64,000 bases of DNA from a bacterium (GCA_035527515.1 DATLAJ010000108.1:321-64320), one strand, 5' to 3'; shown: positions 42,885 through 52,291, counted from the first letter of the stretch. Made by a program: numbers and translations. The notes: generated by a model not told the origin, from the letters alone.

Positions 42885-45605
42885 ATGAGGCGCAAGATAT
42901 TCCCCATTATCTTAACTCTCTTGGTCACGTTTATGACGTTACTCCCGAGCGGTCTATCTTGGGCGAGGCACTTCAGGCTCCTCGCCTCGGGTGAGGGTTC
43001 CGAGAACCATTTTGGGGTGGCGCTATCCTTCCCCTACAAGGGCTCCGAGTCGCGGTATGGCCGCATATTGCGAGATCAGGCGTTCGAGCTTGGCGCCGCT
43101 TGGTTCATCGTCTCCCACTGGGACACTCCGCTTTCGTGGGCAGCGATGCAGGGCCAAACCAACGTGTCGGGGCAGCCGGTCTTCTCCGACGTTGACAACG
43201 AGACGCTCGAGACATTCAAGGAATGCCACGACCGTGGGGTCAAGACGCTCGTTACGCTGTCGTTCAGCAATCCGCTGTTCTATCCGGACTGGCTCTACAC
43301 TCCGGACGCGTCGAGTTCGTGCGACGGCGAGCAGAGATGGTGCTTCTACGTTCGCTCGGCCGACGATCCTGGCGGCAGGACCTCCTACGACGACGAGGAC
43401 CCCGACATAGGCCATATCGAGACGACCTACATCTGCGCGGAATGGCTTGCGAGATTCCTCAAATACTGCAAGAAGGTCGCGGAATACTACGGCCAATACG
43501 TTGACGGATGGATGGTCTGGGAGGAGGAGAACTGGGTCCCCAGCGGCAGTTCCAACGAACAGAGCTGCCTCTGCAAGTCGGAGTTCTGGAGACCGTATCC
43601 GCCTTATGCAGGCGAGGAGGACTGGAGGAAGATGACAAGGCTCTACGCTGAGATGCTCTTTAACGCGGCTCCTCTTATGAAGCGCCTTACACCTCACGCT
43701 AAGTTGCTGTTCGGCGCTACCTGCGGCTGCGACGTGCCTTACGTTGAGGCGGTCGTCCAGCAGATGGCGGCGTTAGGTGCAACGCAGGAGTTCTTCAGGA
43801 CCTACATCGATGGCTATGGTTTCCACGGGTTCCGTTCTGGCGTCTGGCGTTCGGCTGCGGAACGGTATCTCGGGGCGCCCGAGCTTGAGGTCCCCTCGCC
43901 TCATCAATACGCGCCGGACGATGACGACTACGGGCTATGCTCGATGTTCACTCACTACGCGAGCCTGGGGGCGCCGACCCAGGGTTTCTTGAAGCAGGTG
44001 GGCGACCTCAGGGCGAGAATCGGGGCGGTAACCGGTCAGGAGCCTGGCTCGATAGAGCTCTACAATACGGAGGACTGCGCTCCGTTCCACTACAATGACC
44101 CGTGCGGAGACCAGATGCGCGGCTTCGTGAGAATGGCCAAGTATCTCTCCCGATCAGACATGACCTGCTATTACGCCAACGTGCACGTTACGCACTGGCA
44201 GCTGCAAGAGGGTGATGCGGGGGCAACTGGCGCGGACTACGGCCTAATCAATAGGACGCACACGAACTCCGGCTGCACTCTCACCCCCGACAGGCCCTAC
44301 ATGTTGCCGGAGCTCCGCAGGGAGGCATACTACACGTTCCAGATGGTCGCCAGCATCTTCGACAAGACGCTGTCGCGCCTCGATCCGACATCGATTGGGG
44401 TTACTCTTTATGACAGGGCGCCTGACGAGACGCCGTTTTCGATCGGCTACCAGCCAAAACCCGAGCGTTCGGACGTTGCCACCGGCCAGCAGGAGATCGC
44501 TCTAATGCTGCACGTGCCTACGGCGGACCCGACGCGTCAGGGAGAGATACTGGTCTCGGACTGGAAAATGACTGATTTCCCGCTTGCGATCGGCAGCAGC
44601 TATCACAGCGTGCCCGGATTGACCCACGTAACGACAGACGAATCGACGAATCCCAACACGATGCCTGCATGGGTCAAAATAGACCTCGCCGCGCCTGAAC
44701 TGAATTACGACACGACTGTCCCGCCCGAGGTCTGGGAGGTTAGCACATTCCCCCAGGGCGACTTTCACACTCTCGACATATCCTGCCCCGAGAGGCCGCT
44801 TACCTACGGCGTTGACGCACAGAATCCAACCACGATAGTCATCGAGAAGACTACGGTCTCCGACTATGTGAACGTCATCGAGATCGCGCCAGCGCAATAC
44901 CCGGCATTCAATGTCGCAGGCACGCTGGACTCATATCTCAAGGTCAGCCCCGACGGCGGCATCACAGGCAACATCGCAGTCGTGGCGCTGCCCTATGGCC
45001 CATCCTTTATAGATGTCATCAGGGCTTTTTACTCAGACATTGACCTGTCGGTCTCCTTGAACGACCGCGGCGAGGGAGACGATCCTACGGCTCGCGACGG
45101 CATCTTCACGGCCAAACTAACGGCTCCGGGAACAGAGCCCGGCCCAGTAAGCAGCCTCATCGCTGACGGAGCGAAGCACCCGATAGTGTTTGGGGCCGGC
45201 ATCTCACAGAACGCGATGTTTGCGGCCGAGAGCGGCAGTTTCGTTGTAAGAGCCTACGTGTTTGACGGCGATAACCCGGCCGACCCGGGTGCGATCGCAT
45301 CTTGCAGTGCGAGAATCCCCGGAACTGCTCTTACCTTCCCTATGGTGCGGATGGCCGCGAGTTTGGGGGGCCTCGAGTCTTATGAGTGGTCAGCGAAAGT
45401 TCAGTTCGACGATCTGTCGGGCGTCGCCACGGGGCTCTATCTGGTTGAGGTGATAGCGACGGACAGCGAAGGCCTCAAGAGCGTGCCCTGGCCGCACATC
45501 CCGACCGGAGACGGCACATACATCGAGGGACTCTACTTGAACCTCCGCGTCAAGGGCCGCAGCGGCAACCTCGTGCGCTGCTGGCCGGAGCTCAGGCTCA
45601 ACTAG
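42885..45605 (+). CDS. Large secreted protein, possibly a glycoside-hydrolase-like TIM barrel with C-terminal beta-sandwich domains
   Basis: The ATG at 42885 is preceded by AAGGAGG. Signal peptide 'MRRKIFPIILTLLVTFMTLLPSGLSWA'. 'GWMVWEEENW' loosely resembles a clan GH-A 'NEP' strand. The function is speculative. Confidence 0.55.
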   Translation: MRRKIFPIILTLLVTFMTLLPSGLSWARHFRLLASGEGSENHFGVALSFPYKGSESRYGRILRDQAFELGAAWFIVSHWDTPLSWAAMQGQTNVSGQPVFSDVDNETLETFKECHDRGVKTLVTLSFSNPLFYPDWLYTPDASSSCDGEQRWCFYVRSADDPGGRTSYDDEDPDIGHIETTYICAEWLARFLKYCKKVAEYYGQYVDGWMVWEEENWVPSGSSNEQSCLCKSEFWRPYPPYAGEEDWRKMTRLYAEMLFNAAPLMKRLTPHAKLLFGATCGCDVPYVEAVVQQMAALGATQEFFRTYIDGYGFHGFRSGVWRSAAERYLGAPELEVPSPHQYAPDDDDYGLCSMFTHYASLGAPTQGFLKQVGDLRARIGAVTGQEPGSIELYNTEDCAPFHYNDPCGDQMRGFVRMAKYLSRSDMTCYYANVHVTHWQLQEGDAGATGADYGLINRTHTNSGCTLTPDRPYMLPELRREAYYTFQMVASIFDKTLSRLDPTSIGVTLYDRAPDETPFSIGYQPKPERSDVATGQQEIALMLHVPTADPTRQGEILVSDWKMTDFPLAIGSSYHSVPGLTHVTTDESTNPNTMPAWVKIDLAAPELNYDTTVPPEVWEVSTFPQGDFHTLDISCPERPLTYGVDAQNPTTIVIEKTTVSDYVNVIEIAPAQYPAFNVAGTLDSYLKVSPDGGITGNIAVVALPYGPSFIDVIRAFYSDIDLSVSLNDRGEGDDPTARDGIFTAKLTAPGTEPGPVSSLIADGAKHPIVFGAGISQNAMFAAESGSFVVRAYVFDGDNPADPGAIASCSARIPGTALTFPMVRMAASLGGLESYEWSAKVQFDDLSGVATGLYLVEVIATDSEGLKSVPWPHIPTGDGTYIEGLYLNLRVKGRSGNLVRCWPELRLN

Positions 45606-45623
45606 CCCAAGAATCGCCTCTAA

Positions 45624-46670
45624 CTAATCCGGACCAGATTGACGCTCTGCTCGCCAAACGTCTGGCCAGCGCTCGCGGAAGTCCTCGTTAATGACCGACA
45701 GATCTGGCCGCATCGTGATCCGCGCCGCGTAGAAATCAATCGAGTCGCTGAGAGCGTAGCTCAGGTCCTGCCACTGAACACGGACAATATCCCCGTCATC
45801 AATCGCAAAGACCCACGGAACGATGCAGGCCGAAAGGAACTCCCGGACGGTCTTCGTTGACTTGGACCTCTCGACAGCGAGCGAGGATGCGGACTTCGGA
45901 AATGTCCGGATGGCCCGCGGCTGGCCCACGCGCGAGTTCAGCCAAAGCAGCCGGAACCCATCAGGCACGGCGCATACAGCGAGCCATTCAAAGGGCGAGA
46001 AGTCGGCGGGAAATGCCCGAACGTCGGCCGCTGCTGGGACAAGCCCCAGTGCTATGCGCCTCACCTTTCTCTTCTGCAAGTAGCACAGGCACAGATAGAG
46101 AAGGCCAAGTATGGCGCCTGCGAGCGCGAGGCCGAACCTCAGCGGGCCGGCAAATGTCGAGACAACGGCCGCCAGAACGCCAAGCCGCATCATGGGGGCC
46201 TTGATGGCGCTGTGAAGCTGACAGACTGTGCAGACCCGGAGCGACTTCTCATGACATCGCGCGTGAGAGGTCTTGGGGTTCAATCCTAACAGAAGGCTGC
46301 CGGTGAGCATCCGTCTCGAGAAGGGCCAGAACACCATCGCCCCGGTGCCGTGCATGATAAGGTCAAGGACGCAGTGGCTCGCCCCGGCCACGAGCGCGAC
46401 CAGATAGCTTTCCCAGAAACCGATACCGGGGAAGATGAGACATCCCAGCCATGCGATGACGAAACCGGCGGCCGCCACGCTCACGAGCGAGTGCGTAACG
46501 CTGTGGTGATACTTCAAGAAGTAGATATTCTTAAAGAATTTAGTAACGAAATCCAGGTCTGGCACGACGGCCGCGGCAGATGCGATCGCAACCCTGGGCA
46601 ACGTCGCATCAGGCCCCGGCAAGAGATTCGTTACCACAATTCCCCAGACGACATGCGAAACCGGATCCAT
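45624..46670 (-). CDS. Membrane-bound metal-dependent hydrolase (YdjM/DUF457-like) with C-terminal extension
   Basis: 'MDPVSHVVWGIVV...VVPDLDF...YHHSVTHSL' matches the YdjM-type N-terminus. Several TM helices follow, then about 130 aa of soluble tail. Confidence 0.6.
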   Translation of the reverse strand: MDPVSHVVWGIVVTNLLPGPDATLPRVAIASAAAVVPDLDFVTKFFKNIYFLKYHHSVTHSLVSVAAAGFVIAWLGCLIFPGIGFWESYLVALVAGASHCVLDLIMHGTGAMVFWPFSRRMLTGSLLLGLNPKTSHARCHEKSLRVCTVCQLHSAIKAPMMRLGVLAAVVSTFAGPLRFGLALAGAILGLLYLCLCYLQKRKVRRIALGLVPAAADVRAFPADFSPFEWLAVCAVPDGFRLLWLNSRVGQPRAIRTFPKSASSLAVERSKSTKTVREFLSACIVPWVFAIDDGDIVRVQWQDLSYALSDSIDFYAARITMRPDLSVINEDFRERWPDVWRAERQSGPD

Positions 46671-46742
46671 GGCCGAAAGGCTTATCAGACACAGATGCCG
46701 CCGTCAAGCACATACCGCGAGGCGCAGAATGTTGGCCTTGCG

Positions 46743-47138
46743 CCTCGGCGCTATCGGGCCGCGCCCGAGGTCGCTTGAGCGCGGGTGCGATTCTGGATTG
46801 TAGGTGGAGTGTCGCACTGACCTCGGCCGCGTTTTAACGCGGCGATATAGATGGCTCTCATTATCCTAACACCCGACTTCGAGTCGGGTGGCTTCAGAAG
46901 GCGAGGCGCCTCCTCCTCCCTCCCAGAATGCCCATGTACAGGGAAAGGATGAGGAGAGCGGTCGCGTGCCCCAGGCCGCCCCGAATGAATTCGGGGCTTA
47001 CGATCATGATAGCCTTCTCGCATCGCCTCGACTGAAGTCGGGCGATGAGGCAATGTGCAACTCATGCGTGTTGCAGACCGCGACCTGGGCGGCATCTATG
47101 TAGCCCTCATCGCATAAGCGCTGGATTACCTACAATCC
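46743..47138 (+). other. Highly structured intergenic region (candidate leader or ncRNA) upstream of the PPDK-like gene
   Basis: Perfect or near-perfect stems at 46826-46843, 46870-46890, 46978-46997, 47021-47047 and 47057-47074. Long-range pair GGATTGTAGGT (46795-46805) / ACCTACAATCC (47128-47138). Mutually exclusive pairing of 47041-47050 with either 47021-47027 or 47105-47113. Confidence 0.4.
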
Positions 47139-47227
47139 TGGGTCAAACCCATAGGTGCAAGGTGATTGATCATCGGGTCAAGCTCTGTTTTGATTATCGA
47201 GGCGCACAAAGATGATGAGCGCTTGAG

Positions 47228-50026
47228 ATGGCTTTGCGGACGAGACGAGGGCTTTACAGGCCAATCGTGAGCGGAATGGGCGACTTCGATCTTGTGAGAT
47301 TCTATCAGGGTATGCCTGAGGGTTACCTGGAATGCGACGAGCGACGACGCATCGCTGTACTTGGCGCGAAGGCGGCTGGCCTCGTGCATCTATGCGAGCT
47401 TGGGATGCCATGCCCAGACGGTTTCGTCATCCCCACTTCGGTAACCGACGAGTTCAACAGATTGAACGCCGGAGTGCTCTCGGAAGTCGATTCATCAAAC
47501 CTGCCGCCCAGCGCCGTGATGGAGCGACTGTTGCTGCCCGATAGTCTGTGGGAAGGCATCGAAAGGGGCATCCATTGGATCGAGAAGAAGAGCAACCTGC
47601 TATTTGGAGAGGTCGGGCGCCCGTTGCTTGTCTCGGTCAGGTCAGGCGGGACGGTCTCGCTGCCCGGGCTCATGGAAACCATCTGCAACGTGGGCCTCAG
47701 GAGGAAGATGTTTGGCCAGCTGGCTGACGCAGACGGACGGCAGAGATTCCTGCTTGACTCCTTCCGAAGGTTCATCGAGGGCTACGGCAGCGCGGTTTAC
47801 CGGATCAAGAGAAGACAGCTCAGGGACATACTTGGGGATCAGGGCCGCAACAGACCTGATTCTTTGGCGAAAGCGATCGATAAATATCTGGCAATTTGCC
47901 CAGTCCCCGATGACCCCTGGCTTGCGCTGCGCAGGTCCGTGATAGCAGTGATGCTGTCGGCAAGGACCGAGGAGGTGCGCGAGTTCATGCGCACCAACTA
48001 CATTCAGGAGCCTGTCAAGACCGCGGTAACCATTCAGCGAATGGTGTTTGGAAACCTCGATGCCAGGTCCGGCAGTGGCGTCGTGTTCAGCAGGAATCCC
48101 TCTACCGGCCAGCCTGCCGAGGCGCCGGGGAAAACACGACTCTTCGGACAGATTATCGTGCAATCACAGGGGGACGACGTCGTCAGGGACCTGGGCGAGG
48201 CGGGTGCCGTGAAGGACCTCCACTCGGCCTATCCTGACATCTGCAAGAGGCTCGCCGAGATCGCCCGGAAGCTGGAGAGCGTGTCTGGCTACGTTCAGGA
48301 TATTGAGTTCACGATTGAATCTGGGAAGCTCTATCTTCTTCAGGCAAGGCCGGCCAAGATGGCACCTGCTGCTTTCTTGCGGGCACAGCTGGACATGATT
48401 GAGGAGGGCATCGCATCCGATACTGACGTCATCGCCAGAACAGACCCGAGGCAGCTCGAGCAGGTTCTCTCGGCTACCGTAACCTGCACGCCTCCGGGCT
48501 CAATGAAGTTGATCGGCGAGGGCAGCCCGCTCGTGCCGGGTTACGCGACCGGCAGAGCTTGCTTCAACATTGACGAGATTAGGCAGTTCAAGTCCAAAAA
48601 CGAGCCGGTCATTTTCTGCTGTGCTCGATTACTTCTATCAGACATGGCAGCCGTGGAGGCTGCGGATGGGATCATCTCCTCGCAAAGGAATGTGCTCTCG
48701 CACGCAACGCTGAACGCACGCTATCTTGGTCGGCCAAGCATCGTCAAGGCGAAGCTCGAGATCGACCCCGTGGCCCGCACCATCAAGTATGGAGACAGTG
48801 GGATACGACCTGGGGTCCTGCAACAGGGCGACATCGTCTCAATAGACGCTCACCACGGGCTTATCTACGAGGACCAGATGGAGATCCGCATTTCTGGCAT
48901 CAAGGACCCGCTGGCAGAGCGCTTCTGCGAGCTTGTCGCTAGGCACAGCGACATAAAGGTCTATGCCCAGGTGGAGGATTATGAGACCTATGCAACGGCC
49001 AAGAGGCTCGGTGCGGACGGCGTGGCCAACTTCCGAAGTGATGTCCTTTTCTTCAAGAAATCGGTCAACTTCGCGCTATGCGACTTTGTGCTTAGCGTAG
49101 GCACGCCAGACGAGCCACGAGCCCGCAAGCGGCTACACTCACTGCTAAAGAGGGATTTCCTGCGCGTGTTTCAGACCATCGATGAGAACTACATCGCGAT
49201 CAGGCTCTGCAAGCACACGATATATGAGTATTTCCCCAAGGAGCGGTTCGATGTCATCAACCTCGCCAAGTATATCCTGAGTGCAAGGAATGGCGAGGCT
49301 CTAGAGGCCAAAGATGTGGGTCTGAGCAGCCGCCAGATCGAGAAGATGGTGAGAATAATCAGAGAGCACAAGAGACGGCAGGAGGACTACAACCCGATCC
49401 TGGGCAGGCGGGGCGTGCGGCTGGCAACGACGCTCCCACAGATTTACGAAATAGAGATTAGGGCGATACTCTCCGCCATGCAGAAGATTCAGTCTGAAGA
49501 CAAACAGATGCACGTCGAGATACTTGTGCCCTATATATGCGTTGTGGGCGAGCTCCTTTACGTGCGAGACCTCACCGACAGGATCGCGTCCGAATTCGGT
49601 CAGGCGGACCTTCACTACGATGTGGCGCCAATTGTGGAGATAAGTGGGATCGCTTTCGAGATGGACAAGCTCGCTCCCCACACCAACCTGGTGGTGATCA
49701 GGTCCGACAAACTAACGACATCCACGCACCACATCGTCCGGGAAGATGCCAGGCAGTTCCTCGGTGCATACGTTGACCGGGGCTGGTTCTACGGGGACCC
49801 GTTCAGGGTGATACAGAAAAGCACGGAGAGAATCATTAGGCACGCGGTCGAGGCCGCCAAAAGCGTCAATCCAAACATACGCATACTTGTGGCCGGAACC
49901 CACTGTTCAAACGAATACAGCCTCCGCAGGCTGCTTGACCTCGGAATCACCGAGATATGCTGCCCACCGATCATGGTCCCAGTCGCAAAGCTCATCGCAG
50001 CCAAAACAAAGAGGACAACAGCTTGA
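47228..50026 (+). CDS. Pyruvate,phosphate dikinase (PPDK) paralog with conserved ATP-grasp/His domains and a divergent C-terminal domain
   Basis: 'LLVSVRSGGTVSLPGLMETICNVGL', 'IQRMVFGN...SGSGVVFSRNPSTG', 'QDIEFTIESGKLYLLQARPAK' and 'LSHATLNARYLGRP' are PPDK-like. C-terminal motifs are altered, as detailed in the finding for this gene. The start may instead be the ATG at 47276. Confidence 0.75.
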   Translation: MALRTRRGLYRPIVSGMGDFDLVRFYQGMPEGYLECDERRRIAVLGAKAAGLVHLCELGMPCPDGFVIPTSVTDEFNRLNAGVLSEVDSSNLPPSAVMERLLLPDSLWEGIERGIHWIEKKSNLLFGEVGRPLLVSVRSGGTVSLPGLMETICNVGLRRKMFGQLADADGRQRFLLDSFRRFIEGYGSAVYRIKRRQLRDILGDQGRNRPDSLAKAIDKYLAICPVPDDPWLALRRSVIAVMLSARTEEVREFMRTNYIQEPVKTAVTIQRMVFGNLDARSGSGVVFSRNPSTGQPAEAPGKTRLFGQIIVQSQGDDVVRDLGEAGAVKDLHSAYPDICKRLAEIARKLESVSGYVQDIEFTIESGKLYLLQARPAKMAPAAFLRAQLDMIEEGIASDTDVIARTDPRQLEQVLSATVTCTPPGSMKLIGEGSPLVPGYATGRACFNIDEIRQFKSKNEPVIFCCARLLLSDMAAVEAADGIISSQRNVLSHATLNARYLGRPSIVKAKLEIDPVARTIKYGDSGIRPGVLQQGDIVSIDAHHGLIYEDQMEIRISGIKDPLAERFCELVARHSDIKVYAQVEDYETYATAKRLGADGVANFRSDVLFFKKSVNFALCDFVLSVGTPDEPRARKRLHSLLKRDFLRVFQTIDENYIAIRLCKHTIYEYFPKERFDVINLAKYILSARNGEALEAKDVGLSSRQIEKMVRIIREHKRRQEDYNPILGRRGVRLATTLPQIYEIEIRAILSAMQKIQSEDKQMHVEILVPYICVVGELLYVRDLTDRIASEFGQADLHYDVAPIVEISGIAFEMDKLAPHTNLVVIRSDKLTTSTHHIVREDARQFLGAYVDRGWFYGDPFRVIQKSTERIIRHAVEAAKSVNPNIRILVAGTHCSNEYSLRRLLDLGITEICCPPIMVPVAKLIAAKTKRTTA

Positions 50027-51405
50027 CAGCTCGCAGCCCAAGAGAAGAGCTCCGACAGCTCGTCAAGCGATATAGCCCGTTTATGGAGGCGAACAAGAAA
50101 GCTATCAGAAGCCTTGACGAGCTCGGCAAGATGTTCTCCAAGATGACGCACGTCGTTGTCCGCTCCAACGAGCCGTTCAGCATTGAAAACGTGGTCCATC
50201 GATGCAGCAAGAAGCAGAGCCTCGAGGAGATCTGCGCCAAGCTCAGCAGGCGGCTCCTGTCGTGTATGTCCAGCATCAATCTGCTAATAGAGACATACGC
50301 AGAGATCGGCGAGGCCGACACGAGCGAGATCAGGACGACCCTAGCGAACATCAGGGAGAAGTTCCTCTCCCACTTCTGGTTTCTCAAACGGATTCTTCTG
50401 TTCAACCTGTGCGACGACGTGATGTATTTCTCACAACACAGGAGGGCGTTGGGTCTTTTGACCGAGATCAGGCCCAGCGTAACCAAGTCGCTTCGGAATC
50501 CGAGGGAGGATGGCTTGGCCTCAAGCCTAAGAAGTGTCAATGAGGTCGTGCGATACCTTCACCAGAAGGGCGAGGATGCGTTTTTCGCCCGGGCGAGGGA
50601 GATGGGCGCCTCGCGGACGTTTGCGCTTGGGAACGACAACATGTTAAATCTTGTTGACCTCGACAGGCTTTTAGGAGATCGGCAAGCAGCGAAGAGCTCG
50701 CCCGTGCAGACGCTTAACGAGCCGGTGATGAGCGCGCTGCTGAGGCCCTACAAGGCGGGTGTAAAGGGCGAGGGCGCCGAGATACTGAACGTAGTTAAGT
50801 TCCGGGATATGATCGACACTCAGCTCGAGCTCGGCCTGCACAAGGCCAGACTGAGGAGCAGAATCAGCGCCAAGTCAGGCTCCAAAAGAAGCTTCATATC
50901 GCTGTCGTACTTCGAGCCGTTTCAGGCGCTTGTGTCCCAGACGCTCGGCCAGCGCGTCCGTTATTTCTCCGGCATTCTCTCACGCCTCAAGTTCACTGTG
51001 GAGACCGATTTCATCACATTCCTCAGCGCGAGCTTCTCGGGCGGCGCCGGCAAGTGCAAAAAAGTGCTTAGCGAGCTCGTGCGAGCGATGATCTCGCTCA
51101 AAGACCTTGACGAGCTCCTCTCCCAGCCGGGCAAGACGGAACAGGCGATCTCGCTCTTCTGCCAAGGAGTGAGCAACGTTCACGGCTACTTCAACGCGCT
51201 GAGGTGCCTCGAGCTTGCCATCTCAGACCAGATCACCCCCGAATCGCTGCAAATGATCTTGAGGCAAGAGGAGCTCAACCGAAGCGAGATGGACCTGCTG
51301 CTGAAGCATGACTTTCCGAAGATTGCGGCGAGGCCCAACGTTAGGCGCGAAACCACCGCCTCGCTGCGGCGTGCTCTCGATCAGATGAGGGACAGCCTCA
51401 GCTAG
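50023..51405 (+). CDS. Hypothetical all-helical protein, translationally coupled to the PPDK paralog
   Basis: The ORF frame is open from 49957. An in-frame TTG at 50023 overlaps the PPDK-like TGA stop (TTGA). The next ATG codes 'MEANKK' at about 50083. No family recognised. Confidence 0.55.
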   Translation: MTARSPREELRQLVKRYSPFMEANKKAIRSLDELGKMFSKMTHVVVRSNEPFSIENVVHRCSKKQSLEEICAKLSRRLLSCMSSINLLIETYAEIGEADTSEIRTTLANIREKFLSHFWFLKRILLFNLCDDVMYFSQHRRALGLLTEIRPSVTKSLRNPREDGLASSLRSVNEVVRYLHQKGEDAFFARAREMGASRTFALGNDNMLNLVDLDRLLGDRQAAKSSPVQTLNEPVMSALLRPYKAGVKGEGAEILNVVKFRDMIDTQLELGLHKARLRSRISAKSGSKRSFISLSYFEPFQALVSQTLGQRVRYFSGILSRLKFTVETDFITFLSASFSGGAGKCKKVLSELVRAMISLKDLDELLSQPGKTEQAISLFCQGVSNVHGYFNALRCLELAISDQITPESLQMILRQEELNRSEMDLLLKHDFPKIAARPNVRRETTASLRRALDQMRDSLS

Positions 51406-51439
51406 TCCATCCCAGCGTCAGCCAGGTGCTTCAGCGCTG

Positions 51440-52291
51440 CTAGACCAGACAGAGCGTCAATACTCCAGCGGCGAGGCAATAAAGACCGAACAGATGCAGC
51501 CTGCCCCGGCTGACGATACGCAGAAGGACTGCTATTGAGACGTAGCCAATCGCAAAAGCGGCAAGGAATATCAAGACCATTTCCAACGCGCCCTGGGTGC
51601 TCAGAGCACGAGCGATGTCGCCGAACTCGAGCACGAAGGCGCCAGCTATGGCCGGTATCGATAGCAGGAAGGAGAAACGGGCCGCGAAATCCCGCCTGAG
51701 GCCGAGGAATATGCCGGCGGCGATCGTGAAGCCGGACCGCGAGATGCCTGGCGTTATGGCCAGAGCCTGGGCAATCCCGATGAGAAAGGCGCTGAGCAGC
51801 CAAGTGTGCCAGACCGTTCTCTCGCCCTGCTGGGCCAGTCTCGTCAAAAGGAGCACAGCAGCAGTTACAAGAAACATCGCGCCAACCACCTTGACGCTCG
51901 CGAACACCCGCTCAATCGTATCCTTGAAGGCAAGGCCTATGACTGCGGCGGGGAGCGTCCCGACTACGATCATTGCGAGGATGCGCTGATATGACAGCCT
52001 GCCATGATCATCCTGCGGCGGCAGCGCGATGAACAGTTTAGAGGGCCTCCTGACGACGCTCGACAGCGTCTTGGGAGACAGGATGCGGGCAAACATTACC
52101 AGGTCCTTGCGGAAGTAGATCAGAACCGCTAAAAGCGTCCCCAAATGGGCGATTACGCCCATTGGAACCATTGACTCCACTGCGGCGCCAAAAAGCTTGT
52201 GAAAGACAGCTAAGTGGCCGGAGGAACTGACCGGCAAGAACTCGGTCAAGCCCTGGAGCGCCCCGAAAAGCACCGCTTTGATAAGGCTCAC
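51440..52291 (-). CDS. uppP: Undecaprenyl-diphosphate phosphatase
   Basis: 'AVLFGALQGLTEFLPVSSSGHL' and 'PGISRSGFTIAAGIFLGL' are the BacA/UppP signatures. Confidence 0.9.
   Translation of the reverse strand: MSLIKAVLFGALQGLTEFLPVSSSGHLAVFHKLFGAAVESMVPMGVIAHLGTLLAVLIYFRKDLVMFARILSPKTLSSVVRRPSKLFIALPPQDDHGRLSYQRILAMIVVGTLPAAVIGLAFKDTIERVFASVKVVGAMFLVTAAVLLLTRLAQQGERTVWHTWLLSAFLIGIAQALAITPGISRSGFTIAAGIFLGLRRDFAARFSFLLSIPAIAGAFVLEFGDIARALSTQGALEMVLIFLAAFAIGYVSIAVLLRIVSRGRLHLFGLYCLAAGVLTLCLV

Noticed and set aside
46783-46805. 'GGGTGCGATTCTGGATTGTAGGT' resembles the tmRNA (ssrA) 5' end 'GGGGCUGAUUCUGGAUUCGAC'.
   Set aside because: No matching 3' acceptor strand (CGCACCC-ACCA), no canonical T-arm (GGUUCGAAUCC-like) and no plausible Ala-resume tag ORF ending in ..LAA can be found within about 400 nt on either strand.
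46985-47050. 'GAATTCGGGGCTTACG' and 'TGAAGTCGGGCG' loosely recall the RNase P RNA P4 strands ('ACAGAACCCGGCUUA', 'GAGGAAAGUCCGGGC').
   Set aside because: The order of the two elements is reversed relative to RNase P RNA. The sequences belong to local palindromic hairpins, and the other universally conserved RNase P regions are absent.
49957-50022. The N-terminal 22 codons of the listed 482-aa ORF ('MLPTDHGPSRKAHRSQNKEDNS'), which overlap the PPDK-like gene by 70 nt.
   Set aside because: A 70-nt overlap is unlikely. The TTG at 50023, which forms a TTGA stop-start overlap, or the downstream ATG near 50083, are more plausible initiation sites.
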